NCBI GenBank assembly: GCA_964527065.1 | Contig: CAZGNX010000002.1 | Location: forward strand, 1-40,121 | Direction of reading: 5' to 3' | Length of the DNA stretch: 40,121 nucleotides | Origin: an uncultured Pseudomonadales bacterium | GTDB lineage: Bacteria; Patescibacteriota; Microgenomatia; UBA1400; UBA12108 | Shown: positions 30,613 to 40,081 of the stretch, in pieces | Layout: each line of letters opens with the position of its first letter | Position numbering within the stretch: the first letter of the stretch is position 1 | The notes under the pieces: model-generated | Database searches by the model: none | What the model was told of the DNA's origin: nothing | What the model saw: only the letters and a program-made list of their open reading frames with translations | Translations under genes and position numbers: made by a program

Positions 30613-32019
30613 ATGCAAAAGTTTTGGCAGAAAAACTGGAAGAGTTTGGTGGTGGTTGCTGGTCTTTTGGCGTCTCTGCCACTCACACTGCCCCTGGCGC
30701 AGAACGCCTGGCGTTGGGCGACAGGCGCGAGTTATCGTGCGGCGGCCATAGTCGTAGACGTAAGTCAACCACAAGAGCCAATTGTGCGTCTATGGGATGG
30801 GGTGGCGCAGGGATTTGAAAAATTGCCGGAAGAGGATTTTCGCCTCTCCGCGGTCAGCGGGACACTAAAGAGCGTGGGGGTCAAGTACGTGCGGATAGAC
30901 CATATCTATGATGGTTTTAACGTCGTGTCGCGGGTGGATGGCCGCCTTGTGTATGACTGGACCAAGCTGGATGCGATCGTGGCAGACATTATTGCCGCAG
31001 GCGCGGTCCCCTATTTCTCGCTCTCGTACATGCCACCTGCGATCTCACGCGGGGATATCCTTGACTTCCCCAACGATTGGGGAGAATGGGGTCAGGTGGT
31101 GGCGGCCACGGTGGGTCACTACTCACGCGACTACCGCGGCGGACTGAATAACGTGATCTACGAAGTATGGAATGAACCGGATCTATTTGGTGGGTGGAAA
31201 ATGGGAGGAAACAAAAATTATGTGACGCTCTATGCCACTGCGGCATCTGCCGCGAGTAATGTGCGAAACACCAAACCATTTAAGATTGGCGGTCCAGCGA
31301 CGACTGGATTTTATCCTGCTTGGGTGAGCGGATTTTATGACAAACTCGATGAGACGGTGCGGATCGATTTCTTTTCCTGGCACAGATATAGCGCTGATGT
31401 TAATGATTTTGTACAGGATGCGACGACCGCTAAGGCCATGATGGAGACGAGGATCCACCGCGTACAAGACCTCTATATCTCTGAGTGGGGGGTGAATCCG
31501 GAGCGCTCCAGTGCGTATGACGGGCGCTGGGCGGCGGCACACTACCTCGCAGTGAATGCGGCACTCTCTGATACTAACCTCGATCTGGCCCTTGCCTTTG
31601 AGGTGATTGATGGGGCGCCTGGTGACAAACAGTTCCATGGTGGGTGGGGGATGCTCACTAACCCCAAATATGGCGCAGTCGTCAAGAAGCCACGGTTTAA
31701 GGCATGGGAGCTCATATCTAAACTTAATGGAGCGAGACTGCCACTGATTGGAGAAGGAACTTATATAACAGGTCTTGCGTCTTATGACACATCAGGATTC
31801 ATTCGGGTGATGGCCGTGAACTATGACCAGGCAGGAAAACATAGCGAAGTGTTCCCGCTCACGATTGTGGGGTTGAGCGAAGGTGTCTATAGCGTTCGTG
31901 AGGAATATCTCTCAGGACGTGTGCTCACAACAGATGTCAATGTGGGAGGCGGGAGTCTGAGGCGCGATGTCTCGCTAGGTGCAAGTGATGCTTTTCTGAT
32001 GACGGTGACCAAGAAATAG
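30613..32019 (+). CDS. Secreted clan GH-A glycoside hydrolase (GH5/GH39-like)
   Basis: It has a signal-like N-terminus, an acid/base motif YEVWNEPD and a nucleophile-like motif YISEWG. The exact GH family is not determined. Confidence 0.7.
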   Translation: MQKFWQKNWKSLVVVAGLLASLPLTLPLAQNAWRWATGASYRAAAIVVDVSQPQEPIVRLWDGVAQGFEKLPEEDFRLSAVSGTLKSVGVKYVRIDHIYDGFNVVSRVDGRLVYDWTKLDAIVADIIAAGAVPYFSLSYMPPAISRGDILDFPNDWGEWGQVVAATVGHYSRDYRGGLNNVIYEVWNEPDLFGGWKMGGNKNYVTLYATAASAASNVRNTKPFKIGGPATTGFYPAWVSGFYDKLDETVRIDFFSWHRYSADVNDFVQDATTAKAMMETRIHRVQDLYISEWGVNPERSSAYDGRWAAAHYLAVNAALSDTNLDLALAFEVIDGAPGDKQFHGGWGMLTNPKYGAVVKKPRFKAWELISKLNGARLPLIGEGTYITGLASYDTSGFIRVMAVNYDQAGKHSEVFPLTIVGLSEGVYSVREEYLSGRVLTTDVNVGGGSLRRDVSLGASDAFLMTVTKK

Positions 32020-32037
32020 AGTGGTATACTTTTCTTC

Positions 32038-33120
32038 ATGAATCCAACAGATAAAGATTTTGCATTAGCGCGAGTGATGCTGGACCACAGCGTCAAAGTG
32101 AAGGTCAAGGAAAAAGTTTTAATTGTCACAGGAGGATTAGGTTTGCCACTCGCTAAGGCCGTATATAGTGAGACGATGAAGCGAGGAGCCTACCCAATGC
32201 TTGACATCACGACAAGCGGGATAGACTATGCGTATTACTCGCTCGCCAATGACTGGCAGCTGTCTTATATCCCCGAAGAGGTAGTACGAGTGAAATACAA
32301 CTGGGCGGACGCTTATGTGCGGATTGTGGCGGATGACAATCTACGTGAGCTGGCCAGTATTGATCCTACCAAACTGACAAAGCGAGCCAAGCTAACTCGA
32401 CCGCTCTCTGACATTATGATTGATAAGGGTAGGTGGATACTGACCTACTATCCGACAGATGCGATGGCACAAGAGGCAGGTATGTCGCTCTCAGAGATGC
32501 GTGACTTTTACTTTGACTCGTGCCTCGTGGACTACAAGGCTATGTATAAGCGACTCAAGAAATTGGAGCGAGTGATGGATCAAGGCAAGATGATCCATGT
32601 CGTGGGTAAGGAGACGGATTTGTGGGTGGATATTATCGGGCGCCTTGCGATGCAGTGTAGTGCTGAATGTAATATCCCCGACGGAGAATGTTTCCTCGCT
32701 CCTGTGACAAATGGCGTAAATGGAGAGGTTTATTTTGACTTGCCCACCCTTGCATTTGGCCACGAAGTGAGTGGGATAAGCTTAGAATTCAAGGATGGCC
32801 AAGTGGTCTCAGCCAAAGCAGAGCGGGGGGATGATGCTCTGCAAAAAATGTTAGACACTGATCCTGGGGCTCGCTACCTCGGTGAGTTTGCGATTGGGGC
32901 CAATTTTAATATTAAGCGAGCGATGCTTAATACGTTATTTGACGAGAAGATTGGTGGGACGATCCATATGGCTCTTGGGAGATCTTTTAAAGATAAGCGG
33001 GGGGGAGGAGAAAATCAGTCGGCTATACACTGGGATATTGTCAAGGATATGCGACTGCCAGGATCGGTGCTGACGATTGATGATCAGGTGGTGTTGAAAG
33101 AGGGGAAACTGTTGATATGA
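32038..33120 (+). CDS. Aminopeptidase, M29 (AmpS/PepS) family
   Basis: The 360-aa length and the pattern (NIPDGECF, YLGEFAIG.N, GGTIHMALG, HWDIV) match the remembered M29 thermophilic aminopeptidases. Confidence 0.8.
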   Translation: MNPTDKDFALARVMLDHSVKVKVKEKVLIVTGGLGLPLAKAVYSETMKRGAYPMLDITTSGIDYAYYSLANDWQLSYIPEEVVRVKYNWADAYVRIVADDNLRELASIDPTKLTKRAKLTRPLSDIMIDKGRWILTYYPTDAMAQEAGMSLSEMRDFYFDSCLVDYKAMYKRLKKLERVMDQGKMIHVVGKETDLWVDIIGRLAMQCSAECNIPDGECFLAPVTNGVNGEVYFDLPTLAFGHEVSGISLEFKDGQVVSAKAERGDDALQKMLDTDPGARYLGEFAIGANFNIKRAMLNTLFDEKIGGTIHMALGRSFKDKRGGGENQSAIHWDIVKDMRLPGSVLTIDDQVVLKEGKLLI

Positions 33121-34007
33121 ACCAAAATTTGAAAGACTTTGTGGGGAATTACAAGGGTAAGATTGATCTGGAGGTGGCTAGTGTGTTGAAGGAGCGACTA
33201 GCAGAAGTCACAGAATTTTCGCCCTATTTAGTACCGGTACTCACAGCTATGCAAGAGCTGTCAGTGGGGGGTAAACGACTGAGGGGACTACTCACGGTTT
33301 TGGGATATGAGTTATCAGGCAAGAAAATTGACGGCGACGTGATCAAGGCGGCGGCAGTGATGGAGATTTTTCATCTTGGGCTTTTGATACAGGATGACTG
33401 GATGGATAGAGATGAGTTGCGCCGGGGAGTACGGACTATACATGCGCGCTACGATGACTCTCACACGGGTAGCTTTGTGGCGATGCTCGCTGGGGATTAT
33501 ACATTTGGGTGGGGGATAGAGATGCTGAGTGGTCTAGCGCTACCTGCCGTTCAGGTCAATGCAACTATGGAGGTTTGGGGTAAATACTTCACCCGAGTGG
33601 GATACGGACAGACTCTGGATGGACTAGATATTGCTGATGACGAGACAATTATGAAGATTCTTGCGATCAAGAGCGGTGAGTATAGCTGTGTATTGCCACT
33701 CCTCCTGGGTGCCAAGCTGGGCGGGGCTGACAAGACGCTCTTAGATAGATTAGAACAGTATGGGATGGAGCTAGGGTGGGTGTTCCAGTTACGAGATGAC
33801 TGGTTGGGGATGTATGGGGACTCAGTAAAAACGGGCAAACCCGCAGGGGAGCAGGAGGCAAAAGGCAAAAAAACCTTTGCCACGATGTATGGCAAAGAGA
33901 AGACTGAAGAAGCGATTGCAGAGCACATGAAGGGGGGAATGAAGTTAGCGGGTGACAATAACGTGATGCGCGGACTGGTGGAGTGGATGGCGACAAGAGA
34001 AAATTGA
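33117..34007 (+). CDS. Polyprenyl diphosphate synthase (trans-isoprenyl diphosphate synthase family)
   Basis: The first Asp-rich motif is LLIQDDWMDRDELRRG and the second is FQLRDDWLG. Its start overlaps the upstream stop (ATGA). Confidence 0.9.
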   Translation: MNQNLKDFVGNYKGKIDLEVASVLKERLAEVTEFSPYLVPVLTAMQELSVGGKRLRGLLTVLGYELSGKKIDGDVIKAAAVMEIFHLGLLIQDDWMDRDELRRGVRTIHARYDDSHTGSFVAMLAGDYTFGWGIEMLSGLALPAVQVNATMEVWGKYFTRVGYGQTLDGLDIADDETIMKILAIKSGEYSCVLPLLLGAKLGGADKTLLDRLEQYGMELGWVFQLRDDWLGMYGDSVKTGKPAGEQEAKGKKTFATMYGKEKTEEAIAEHMKGGMKLAGDNNVMRGLVEWMATREN

Positions 34008-34021
34008 TACATTTTGATATG

Positions 34022-34049
34022 TTGAACTGACATATGAGATGTGTAGAAT
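34022..34049 (+). promoter_or_regulatory. Sigma-70-type promoter TTGAAC-N16-TAGAAT
   Basis: The hexamers lie at 34022-34027 and 34044-34049, upstream of the leader ORF/attenuator. Confidence 0.5.
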
Positions 34050-34116
34050 AGTTAGAGTTATGACACAGCAGCACGTCTTTACCATTACTTACCGCAATCT
34101 CCTTATTTGGAGGTAG

Positions 34117-34185
34117 GCGGGTTTGGTGTAAGAAAGCTAATTAAAAGCAAACAACACAAACCCGCACAAAGAGGCGGGTTTTTTA
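34117..34185 (+). promoter_or_regulatory. Candidate attenuator with mutually exclusive antiterminator and terminator structures
   Basis: GCGGGTTTGGTGT (34117-34129) can pair with ACACAAACCCGC (34154-34165). The same AAACCCGC (34158-34165) also pairs with GCGGGTTT (34174-34181), which is followed by a T run. An 18-codon ORF (34060-34116) ends exactly at the 5' arm. Confidence 0.45.
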
Positions 34186-34206
34186 ATGCGAGAGGAGGTG
34201 AGTGAG

Positions 34207-34353
34207 ATGTTCATGATTGAAGAAATGAAACAAAAGATGTCTCCTCGTGATATACGCATGAGGGGCTTGCATCCTGACGATGGTGGTGGTTTGGATGTCG
34301 ATATTCCAAGTCAGCCACCAACCTCAGGCAGTGACGGCTCGGAATGGGATTAA
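34207..34353 (+). CDS. Possible 48-aa acidic peptide
   Basis: GGAGG lies 8 nt before the ATG. The product is MFMIEEMKQKMSPRDIRMRGLHPDDGGGLDVDIPSQPPTSGSDGSEWD. A strong terminator follows 6 nt after the stop. This ORF is absent from the ORF track. Confidence 0.45.
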   Translation: MFMIEEMKQKMSPRDIRMRGLHPDDGGGLDVDIPSQPPTSGSDGSEWD

Positions 34354-34359
34354 CGTCCA

Positions 34360-34402
34360 ACACCCTCCTCGATATGCAGAAACATCGAGGAGGGTGTTTC
34401 TG
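34360..34402 (+). terminator. Rho-independent terminator
   Basis: A perfect 14-bp stem ACACCCTCCTCGAT / ATCGAGGAGGGTGT with a 10-nt loop is followed by TTCTGTATT. Confidence 0.75.
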
Positions 34403-34414
34403 TATTATAGACTC

Positions 34415-35002
34415 ATGGACAAGGATCTCTATTTGTTGGGGAATCAGGCATGTTTGGAGATGAAGCGGATCTGTGTGGTGGGAACACGGACGATGTCAGC
34501 ATATGGACGGGAGATGACTGAGATCTTTGTAAAGCAATTGGTGAGTGAGAGGTGGTGTGTTGTATCTGGGTTGGCGCGCGGCGTAGATATGGTGGCTCAC
34601 GAGACTGCGATGACTCATGGTGGCAAGACTATGGCAGTGCTCGCACACGGAGTGGATCTCTGTTATCCGCCAGAACACGCAAACCTCAAACAACGAATTC
34701 TAGAGACTGGTGGATTATTGGTGAGTCATTACCCAGAGGGAGTGAGGCCCACTCCCGACAAGTTCCGTGCACGAGATGTCCTGATGGTCAACCTCGCACA
34801 AGCGGTACTGGTGATGGAAGCTCCTCAGCGGAGTGGAGTCAAGATCACGGTGAGTGCGGCGGCTGAAATGGGCAAGAACGTCTACGTTGTACCAGGTCCC
34901 GTTAGTCAGGCGAGCTACTACGGCTCTGTTGAGATCATCCGCAACGGCGGGATTCCCGTGTATAGTCCGCAGGATATGCTAGAGCAGTTGGATCATCTAT
35001 AG
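34415..35002 (+). CDS. dprA: DNA-processing protein DprA (Rossmann-fold core only)
   Basis: VVGTRTMSAYG..VSGLARGVDMVAHETAM..GGKTMAVLAHGVDLCYPPEH..RSGVKIT are DprA core motifs. The ATG at 34415 is chosen because the upstream part of the track ORF crosses the terminator. Confidence 0.85.
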   Translation: MDKDLYLLGNQACLEMKRICVVGTRTMSAYGREMTEIFVKQLVSERWCVVSGLARGVDMVAHETAMTHGGKTMAVLAHGVDLCYPPEHANLKQRILETGGLLVSHYPEGVRPTPDKFRARDVLMVNLAQAVLVMEAPQRSGVKITVSAAAEMGKNVYVVPGPVSQASYYGSVEIIRNGGIPVYSPQDMLEQLDHL

Positions 35003-35094
35003 GGTCTGACCTTCCCCGCTATGGCGTCTGCGGGGTTGGGCACTTCCTTGCTTACAACCTATGGGAATTGCAGTCTGACTGATACAATACTTGC

Positions 35095-35655
35095 ATGAAA
35101 TGCATTGTAGGGCTCGGTAACCCCGGAGACAAGTACGCTCATAACCGGCATAACGTCGGGTTTATGGTGATGGATCGGTTACTGGCCAAAATAATCAAGG
35201 ACCAAACATCAAACATAAGACACTTTTCAAATAACAAAAAATTCAATGCTGAAATAATGATTGAGCAAAATTATATTGTGGTCAAACCCAGCACTTTTAT
35301 GAATGAAAGTGGCCAAGCGGTCGCGGCAATAACCCAATTTTACAAAATAAAAAATGATGATCTCTATATAGTCCACGACGATTTGGACATAACCCTTGGT
35401 AATTACAAGATCCAGCTTGCCAAGGGGCCACTGATCCACTACGGCGTCAATTCTGTAGAAGAAAAGCTAGGCAGTAGTGACTTTTGGCGGGTGCGAGTGG
35501 GGGTGGAGAATAGAGAAGTTCGGGGCAACAAAGGAATTCCTGGCGAAGTGTATAGCCTACAGAATTTTGATGAGCAAGAACAAAAAATACTGGATGGTGT
35601 AATAGAGTCGATCTGTCAGGAAATGACTGTAGCCCTACAAGGTGAGACCTCGTAG
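35095..35655 (+). CDS. pth: Peptidyl-tRNA hydrolase
   Basis: The sequence IVGLGNPGDKYAHNRHNVGF..KPSTFMNESGQAV..IVHDDLD contains the Pth motifs. Confidence 0.95.
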   Translation: MKCIVGLGNPGDKYAHNRHNVGFMVMDRLLAKIIKDQTSNIRHFSNNKKFNAEIMIEQNYIVVKPSTFMNESGQAVAAITQFYKIKNDDLYIVHDDLDITLGNYKIQLAKGPLIHYGVNSVEEKLGSSDFWRVRVGVENREVRGNKGIPGEVYSLQNFDEQEQKILDGVIESICQEMTVALQGETS

Positions 35656-35664
35656 GTTACAAGT
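35634..35664 (+). repeat. Third copy of the palindromic hairpin unit, overlapping the pth C-terminus and stop
   Basis: CCTACAAGGTGAGACCTCGTAGGTTACAAGT differs from 28130-28160 at two positions. The pth stop TAG (35653-35655) lies inside the 3' arm. Confidence 0.75.
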
Positions 35665-35684
35665 AGTGTGTTATCCTATTCATT

Positions 35685-37712
35685 ATGGATTTGGTAATTG
35701 TCGAGTCTCCTACCAAGGCAAAAACGCTCGCGAAGTTCCTGGGATCCTCTTACAAAATAGAGGCCTCCATGGGGCATGTGCGGGACCTGCCTGAGTCCGG
35801 TGGAGGACTGGCTATAGACCTAGAACACGACTTTGCACCAGAGTACCATGTGCTAGAGAAGAAGAAAGCGCGGGTGGCAGAACTGAAGAAGCTGGCAAAA
35901 GGAGTAGGAGTGATCTACCTGGCGACAGATCCGGACCGCGAGGGAGAAGCAATCTCCTACCACGTGCAGTATCTGTTACAGGATAACAAGAAACAGGATA
36001 ATAGTGATCAGTCTAGATTTCGGCGCGTCACATTCCACGAGATTACCAAGAGCGCAATAGAAGCGGCGCTGCAGCACCCAGGGTCGGTGAATATGGAACT
36101 CGTGAATGCACAGCAAGCACGGCGGGTGCTCGACCGACTAGTGGGCTATACGCTCTCGCCCGTGTTGTGGAAGAAAGTGCGCAGAGGACTCTCGGCAGGG
36201 CGCGTGCAGTCGGTGGCCGTGCGTCTGATAGTTGACAAAGAACGGGAGATCAAAGCGTTTGTACCCATTGAATACTGGGAGATATATGTGGATTTAGAGA
36301 CGAATGTACAAATGCATGAACGCACGAGTGAAGCATTGCGGGTGCAACTGGTCAGAATTGACGGCAAGCCTGCAGACATAAGTAGCGGAGAGACAGCGGG
36401 AGGAGTCATTACGGACTTGGAAAAGGCTACCTACACTGTGTCGGACGTCACGCAAGTTGAGCAGCACAGTTCGCCGTATCCGCCCTTTACCACCTCGCTC
36501 CTCCAGAGAGCTGGGAGCAACGTATTTTCGTGGAGTGCCAAGATGACCATGCAGATCGCTCAGTCACTCTATGAACAAGGCCTCATTACCTATCACCGCA
36601 CAGACTCTTTTAACCTCGCGACAGAAGCGGTTGCCATGGCACGGGGATACATAGAAAAAACATACGGCAAGGAGTATCTCCCAGAACAAGTGAGGGTATA
36701 TAAAACCAAATCTGCAAGCGCTCAGGAGGCTCACGAGGCTATCCGTCCAACTGAGGTGTCGAGAGTGGGAGCCGATCTCATTGCGGCTGGGATGACGAGC
36801 CGACATCAGAAGTTGTACGATCTGATCCGGACGCGATTCTTGCAGTGTCAAATGATGGATGCGCGGTTTGATAAGACAACAATATTTGTGGAAGCACGCA
36901 CGAATGCAGGAATGCTCGAATATACTCTGAAGGCTGATGGCAAGCGGATGATTTTTGATGGGTACCTCAAGCTGGGTAAAAGCGCTGAGGACGTATTCTT
37001 GCCCAATATCCAGTCGGGAGAGACGCTTTCTTTAATCAAAGTGGATCCAGTGCAAAAGTTTACGAGCCCTCCAGGCAGATATAGCGAAGCAGGGCTTATT
37101 AAAGAGCTCGAGAAGCGGGGGATCGGGCGCCCCAGTACTTATGCGGCAATCATCACCACGATCCAGGATCGCGGGTATGTGATCAAGGAAGAGAAGAGTT
37201 TCCGTCCTACCGCCATTGGTGAGGCGGTCGTCGACTTTTTGGTCACTAACTTTGGTAATGTGTTTGCATACGAATTTACGGCTCAAATGGAAGGGGATCT
37301 AGACCTGATTGCCGAAGGCAAAAAAGAATGGGTGCCAACTGTGCGGGCTTTTTGGGAGCCACTATCTAAGCAAGTGAAGGTGGTAGAGGAGACGGGGGAG
37401 CGCGTCAAGGTGGCGGTGGAGAGCACGGGGAAGATGTGTCCAACCTGCAATGAAGGGGAGGTGGTCGTGCGCACTGGCAAGTTTGGCAAATTCCTCTCAT
37501 GCTCGCGCTATCCTGATTGTACGTATACCCAGCCATATGTGGAGTATGTGGCGGGCGTGGTGTGTCCGACCGATGGGGGGAGAGTAAAGATAATGAAGAG
37601 TAGGAAGGGGCACAAGTTCTATGGGTGTGAGAACTATCCCAATTGTAAGTGGGCCGCATGGAAACTACCTAAGCCGGAAGTGGTCGTCGCCGACTTGCAA
37701 CAGAGAAGTTGA
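35685..37712 (+). CDS. topA: DNA topoisomerase I
   Basis: It has a TOPRIM N-terminus (LVIVESPTKAKTL), the active-site region ITYHRTDS, and C-terminal CxxC zinc ribbons. Confidence 0.95.
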   Translation: MDLVIVESPTKAKTLAKFLGSSYKIEASMGHVRDLPESGGGLAIDLEHDFAPEYHVLEKKKARVAELKKLAKGVGVIYLATDPDREGEAISYHVQYLLQDNKKQDNSDQSRFRRVTFHEITKSAIEAALQHPGSVNMELVNAQQARRVLDRLVGYTLSPVLWKKVRRGLSAGRVQSVAVRLIVDKEREIKAFVPIEYWEIYVDLETNVQMHERTSEALRVQLVRIDGKPADISSGETAGGVITDLEKATYTVSDVTQVEQHSSPYPPFTTSLLQRAGSNVFSWSAKMTMQIAQSLYEQGLITYHRTDSFNLATEAVAMARGYIEKTYGKEYLPEQVRVYKTKSASAQEAHEAIRPTEVSRVGADLIAAGMTSRHQKLYDLIRTRFLQCQMMDARFDKTTIFVEARTNAGMLEYTLKADGKRMIFDGYLKLGKSAEDVFLPNIQSGETLSLIKVDPVQKFTSPPGRYSEAGLIKELEKRGIGRPSTYAAIITTIQDRGYVIKEEKSFRPTAIGEAVVDFLVTNFGNVFAYEFTAQMEGDLDLIAEGKKEWVPTVRAFWEPLSKQVKVVEETGERVKVAVESTGKMCPTCNEGEVVVRTGKFGKFLSCSRYPDCTYTQPYVEYVAGVVCPTDGGRVKIMKSRKGHKFYGCENYPNCKWAAWKLPKPEVVVADLQQRS

Positions 37713-37903
37713 GCAGACGCATTTTTCCTTTGTGAGGCTCGCGTCATGAAAAAATTACTTGTCTGTTACGCGCCTTTGTAATTTTTTTTGATCAGCTCGA
37801 CCCTACATGCGTCAAAATGGTCTTACTCAATTGTTCTTTGTTGAGTTCTGTATCACTTTGTTGTATTGGCATGTGGGGTAAAAATCGGGTAGGATGGCTA
37901 GGC

Positions 37904-40081
37904 ATGAAAGTACTCAAACGCAACGAGCGCGAGCAGGAGCTAGACGCAAATAAGATTGCGGACTCGATATTCCTCGCGGCACAAGACGTCGGGGGGACTG
38001 ACCGCAAACTGGCAGAAAAGATCGCCCAAGAGGTTGTGTTGCGAATCAAAAAGCAGTACGGCAGGATGAAGAGCGTCTCGACAGCCGAAATCGGTGATAT
38101 GGTAGAGCGGATCCTCTTGGAGAGAACTCACTACAAAACGGCCAAAGCCTATATCCTCAATCGCGAGAAAAAGCGACAAGTGGAGTCCGCTAAGCGAGCA
38201 CTAGGAGTGCATGATGATGTGGGACTCTCATACAATGCACTCGTTGTAGCCAAGGAGAAATATTTGCGTAGAGATCAGGACGGCGAGGTTGCTGAGACAG
38301 TCTCTCAAATGTTTGGACGCACTGCCAAATTCCTTGCCTCGGCAGAGCGCAAGAGAGAGCAGAAAAAGTGGGAGGCAGCATTTAAATCTGTTATGAGTGA
38401 ACAGCGATTTATCCCCGGAGGGCGCACCCTCGCCAATTCAGGGACCGCTAATAATCAACTTGCCAACTGTTTTGTGATGCCGATGCCTGACAATATTGAA
38501 GGGATTTTTGAAAGTCTCAAAGAAAGCTCGATCCTCAAGAAATACGGGGGAGGGGTAGGCTTTACCTTTGGCCACATTAGACCAAAAGGTGACAAGGTCT
38601 CAACTACTTCGGGGGCGGCGGCAGGACCAGTGGCTCTGATGCAGCTCGTGAACGATGCCTCAGATATCTACTTGCAGGCTGGTAAGCGTAGAAGCGGCAA
38701 TATGGTAACGCTCCCGATCACGCACCCCGATATTATCGAGTTTATCCACTGCAAAGAGTCTGGCTTAAACTATCCTCACATCAATTTTTCTATTGCCATA
38801 ACTAACAAGTTCGTCGAAGCTGTCAAACAGAACAAGGAGTGGGAGCTCATTAATCCGCGCACAGGTCAAGTAGTTAGCAAGATATCTGCCCGTGGACTCA
38901 TGGAAGAGGCGGCGCGCATGGCCTGGAAAAACGGGGATCCAGGCCTGATCTTCATCGACGAGATCGAGAAATATAATCCCACCCCTCACGTAGGGCCTCT
39001 TGAAACGGTCAATCTGTGCGGAGAGCAGCCGCTATTGTCGTACGAGGCTTGTAATCTGGGATCTGTGAACCTCGCAGTTCATGTGAGCGGGGTTAATGGT
39101 AGTGCCAAAGTGGACTGGGTCAAACTGGAGGAGACGGTGCGACTCGGTGTACGTATGCTTGATGATGTTGTCACTGTTTGTGAATACCCACTCAAGCGGG
39201 TAGCCGACACCGTCCACGGCAACCGCAAGATAGGGCTCGGGGTGATGGGCTGGGCAGATATGCTAGTCAAACTGCATATTGCCTACAACTCCCCCAAGGC
39301 TCTCAAACTGGCCGAAGAAGTGATGGCATTTGTCCAAAAGATTGGACACGATGAGTCGGCAAAGCTGGGCAAACTGAAAGGTAGTTTCCCCAACTTCAAA
39401 GGATCGCTGTGGCAAAAGAGAGGGTACAAACAATTCCGCAATGCGACGGTCACGACCATTGCCCCCACCGGCACTATCTCGATGATGGCGGGCTCTAGCT
39501 CTGGGATTGAGCCACACTTTGCGCTGGCATATTTTCGCAAATCGATGGGGCAATACGATCTGCCAGAAGTTAATGTCGATTTGGTAAGGGCTATCAAGCA
39601 CGTCAACGGACTATACTCAAGTGAGCTCATGGATGAAATAGCTAGGACGGGGAGTATCCAGAAGCTCGAGAAAATCCCAAGCTCTATCCGTGAGATTTTT
39701 GTGACAGCCATGGATATCAAACCCGAGACGCACGTCCAGATGCTGGCCGCTTTTCAGAAATATACGGACAATGCGGTGTCTAAGACGATCAATCTGCCTG
39801 CCGAGGCTACGGTGGAGGACGTAATGAGTGTGTATATGATGGCGGCGGAACTCAAGTGTAAGGGAATTACAGTATATAGAGATAAGAGTAGGGGAGAGCA
39901 GGTGCTGAACGTGGGATCTTCGGCTCTTCAGAAAGTCAGACAATCAGAAAACTCAGTTAAACAGAGAATCAGTAAACCTGAGAATCAGAGTCTAGATCTC
40001 TGTCCTGAATGTGGGAGCAAGTTGGCCTTAGAAGAGGGGTGTAAGAAGTGTTATAGCTGTGGGTATAGTGTGTGTGAGTGA
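37904..40081 (+). CDS. nrdJ: Ribonucleotide reductase, class II (adenosylcobalamin-dependent) type, with an N-terminal ATP-cone and a C-terminal zinc ribbon
   Basis: The ATP-cone is VLKRNEREQELDANKI. The thiyl-radical loop is VNLCGEQPL, with CNLGSVNL nearby. The C-terminus is CPECGS..CKKCYSCG. No beta-subunit gene is adjacent. The class assignment is from memory. Confidence 0.8.
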   Translation: MKVLKRNEREQELDANKIADSIFLAAQDVGGTDRKLAEKIAQEVVLRIKKQYGRMKSVSTAEIGDMVERILLERTHYKTAKAYILNREKKRQVESAKRALGVHDDVGLSYNALVVAKEKYLRRDQDGEVAETVSQMFGRTAKFLASAERKREQKKWEAAFKSVMSEQRFIPGGRTLANSGTANNQLANCFVMPMPDNIEGIFESLKESSILKKYGGGVGFTFGHIRPKGDKVSTTSGAAAGPVALMQLVNDASDIYLQAGKRRSGNMVTLPITHPDIIEFIHCKESGLNYPHINFSIAITNKFVEAVKQNKEWELINPRTGQVVSKISARGLMEEAARMAWKNGDPGLIFIDEIEKYNPTPHVGPLETVNLCGEQPLLSYEACNLGSVNLAVHVSGVNGSAKVDWVKLEETVRLGVRMLDDVVTVCEYPLKRVADTVHGNRKIGLGVMGWADMLVKLHIAYNSPKALKLAEEVMAFVQKIGHDESAKLGKLKGSFPNFKGSLWQKRGYKQFRNATVTTIAPTGTISMMAGSSSGIEPHFALAYFRKSMGQYDLPEVNVDLVRAIKHVNGLYSSELMDEIARTGSIQKLEKIPSSIREIFVTAMDIKPETHVQMLAAFQKYTDNAVSKTINLPAEATVEDVMSVYMMAAELKCKGITVYRDKSRGEQVLNVGSSALQKVRQSENSVKQRISKPENQSLDLCPECGSKLALEEGCKKCYSCGYSVCE

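Noticed and set aside
33551-34074. Minus-strand ORFs of 160 aa and 135 aa
   Set aside because: They are antisense to the polyprenyl synthase gene, which has both Asp-rich motifs. They have no start-site signals.
34280-34414. N-terminal 45 codons of the 240-aa track ORF for dprA
   Set aside because: This part would read through the 48-aa ORF region and the 14-bp terminator. The ATG at 34415, preceded by TATTAT-N6, gives a normal DprA core start.
37713-37903. Possible NrdR box or cobalamin riboswitch in the 190-nt region upstream of the reductase gene
   Set aside because: I found only a short hairpin (ACTCAA..TTGAGT) and an 11-codon ORF. I saw no recognisable NrdR palindrome pair or B12-box, which is not enough to make a call.
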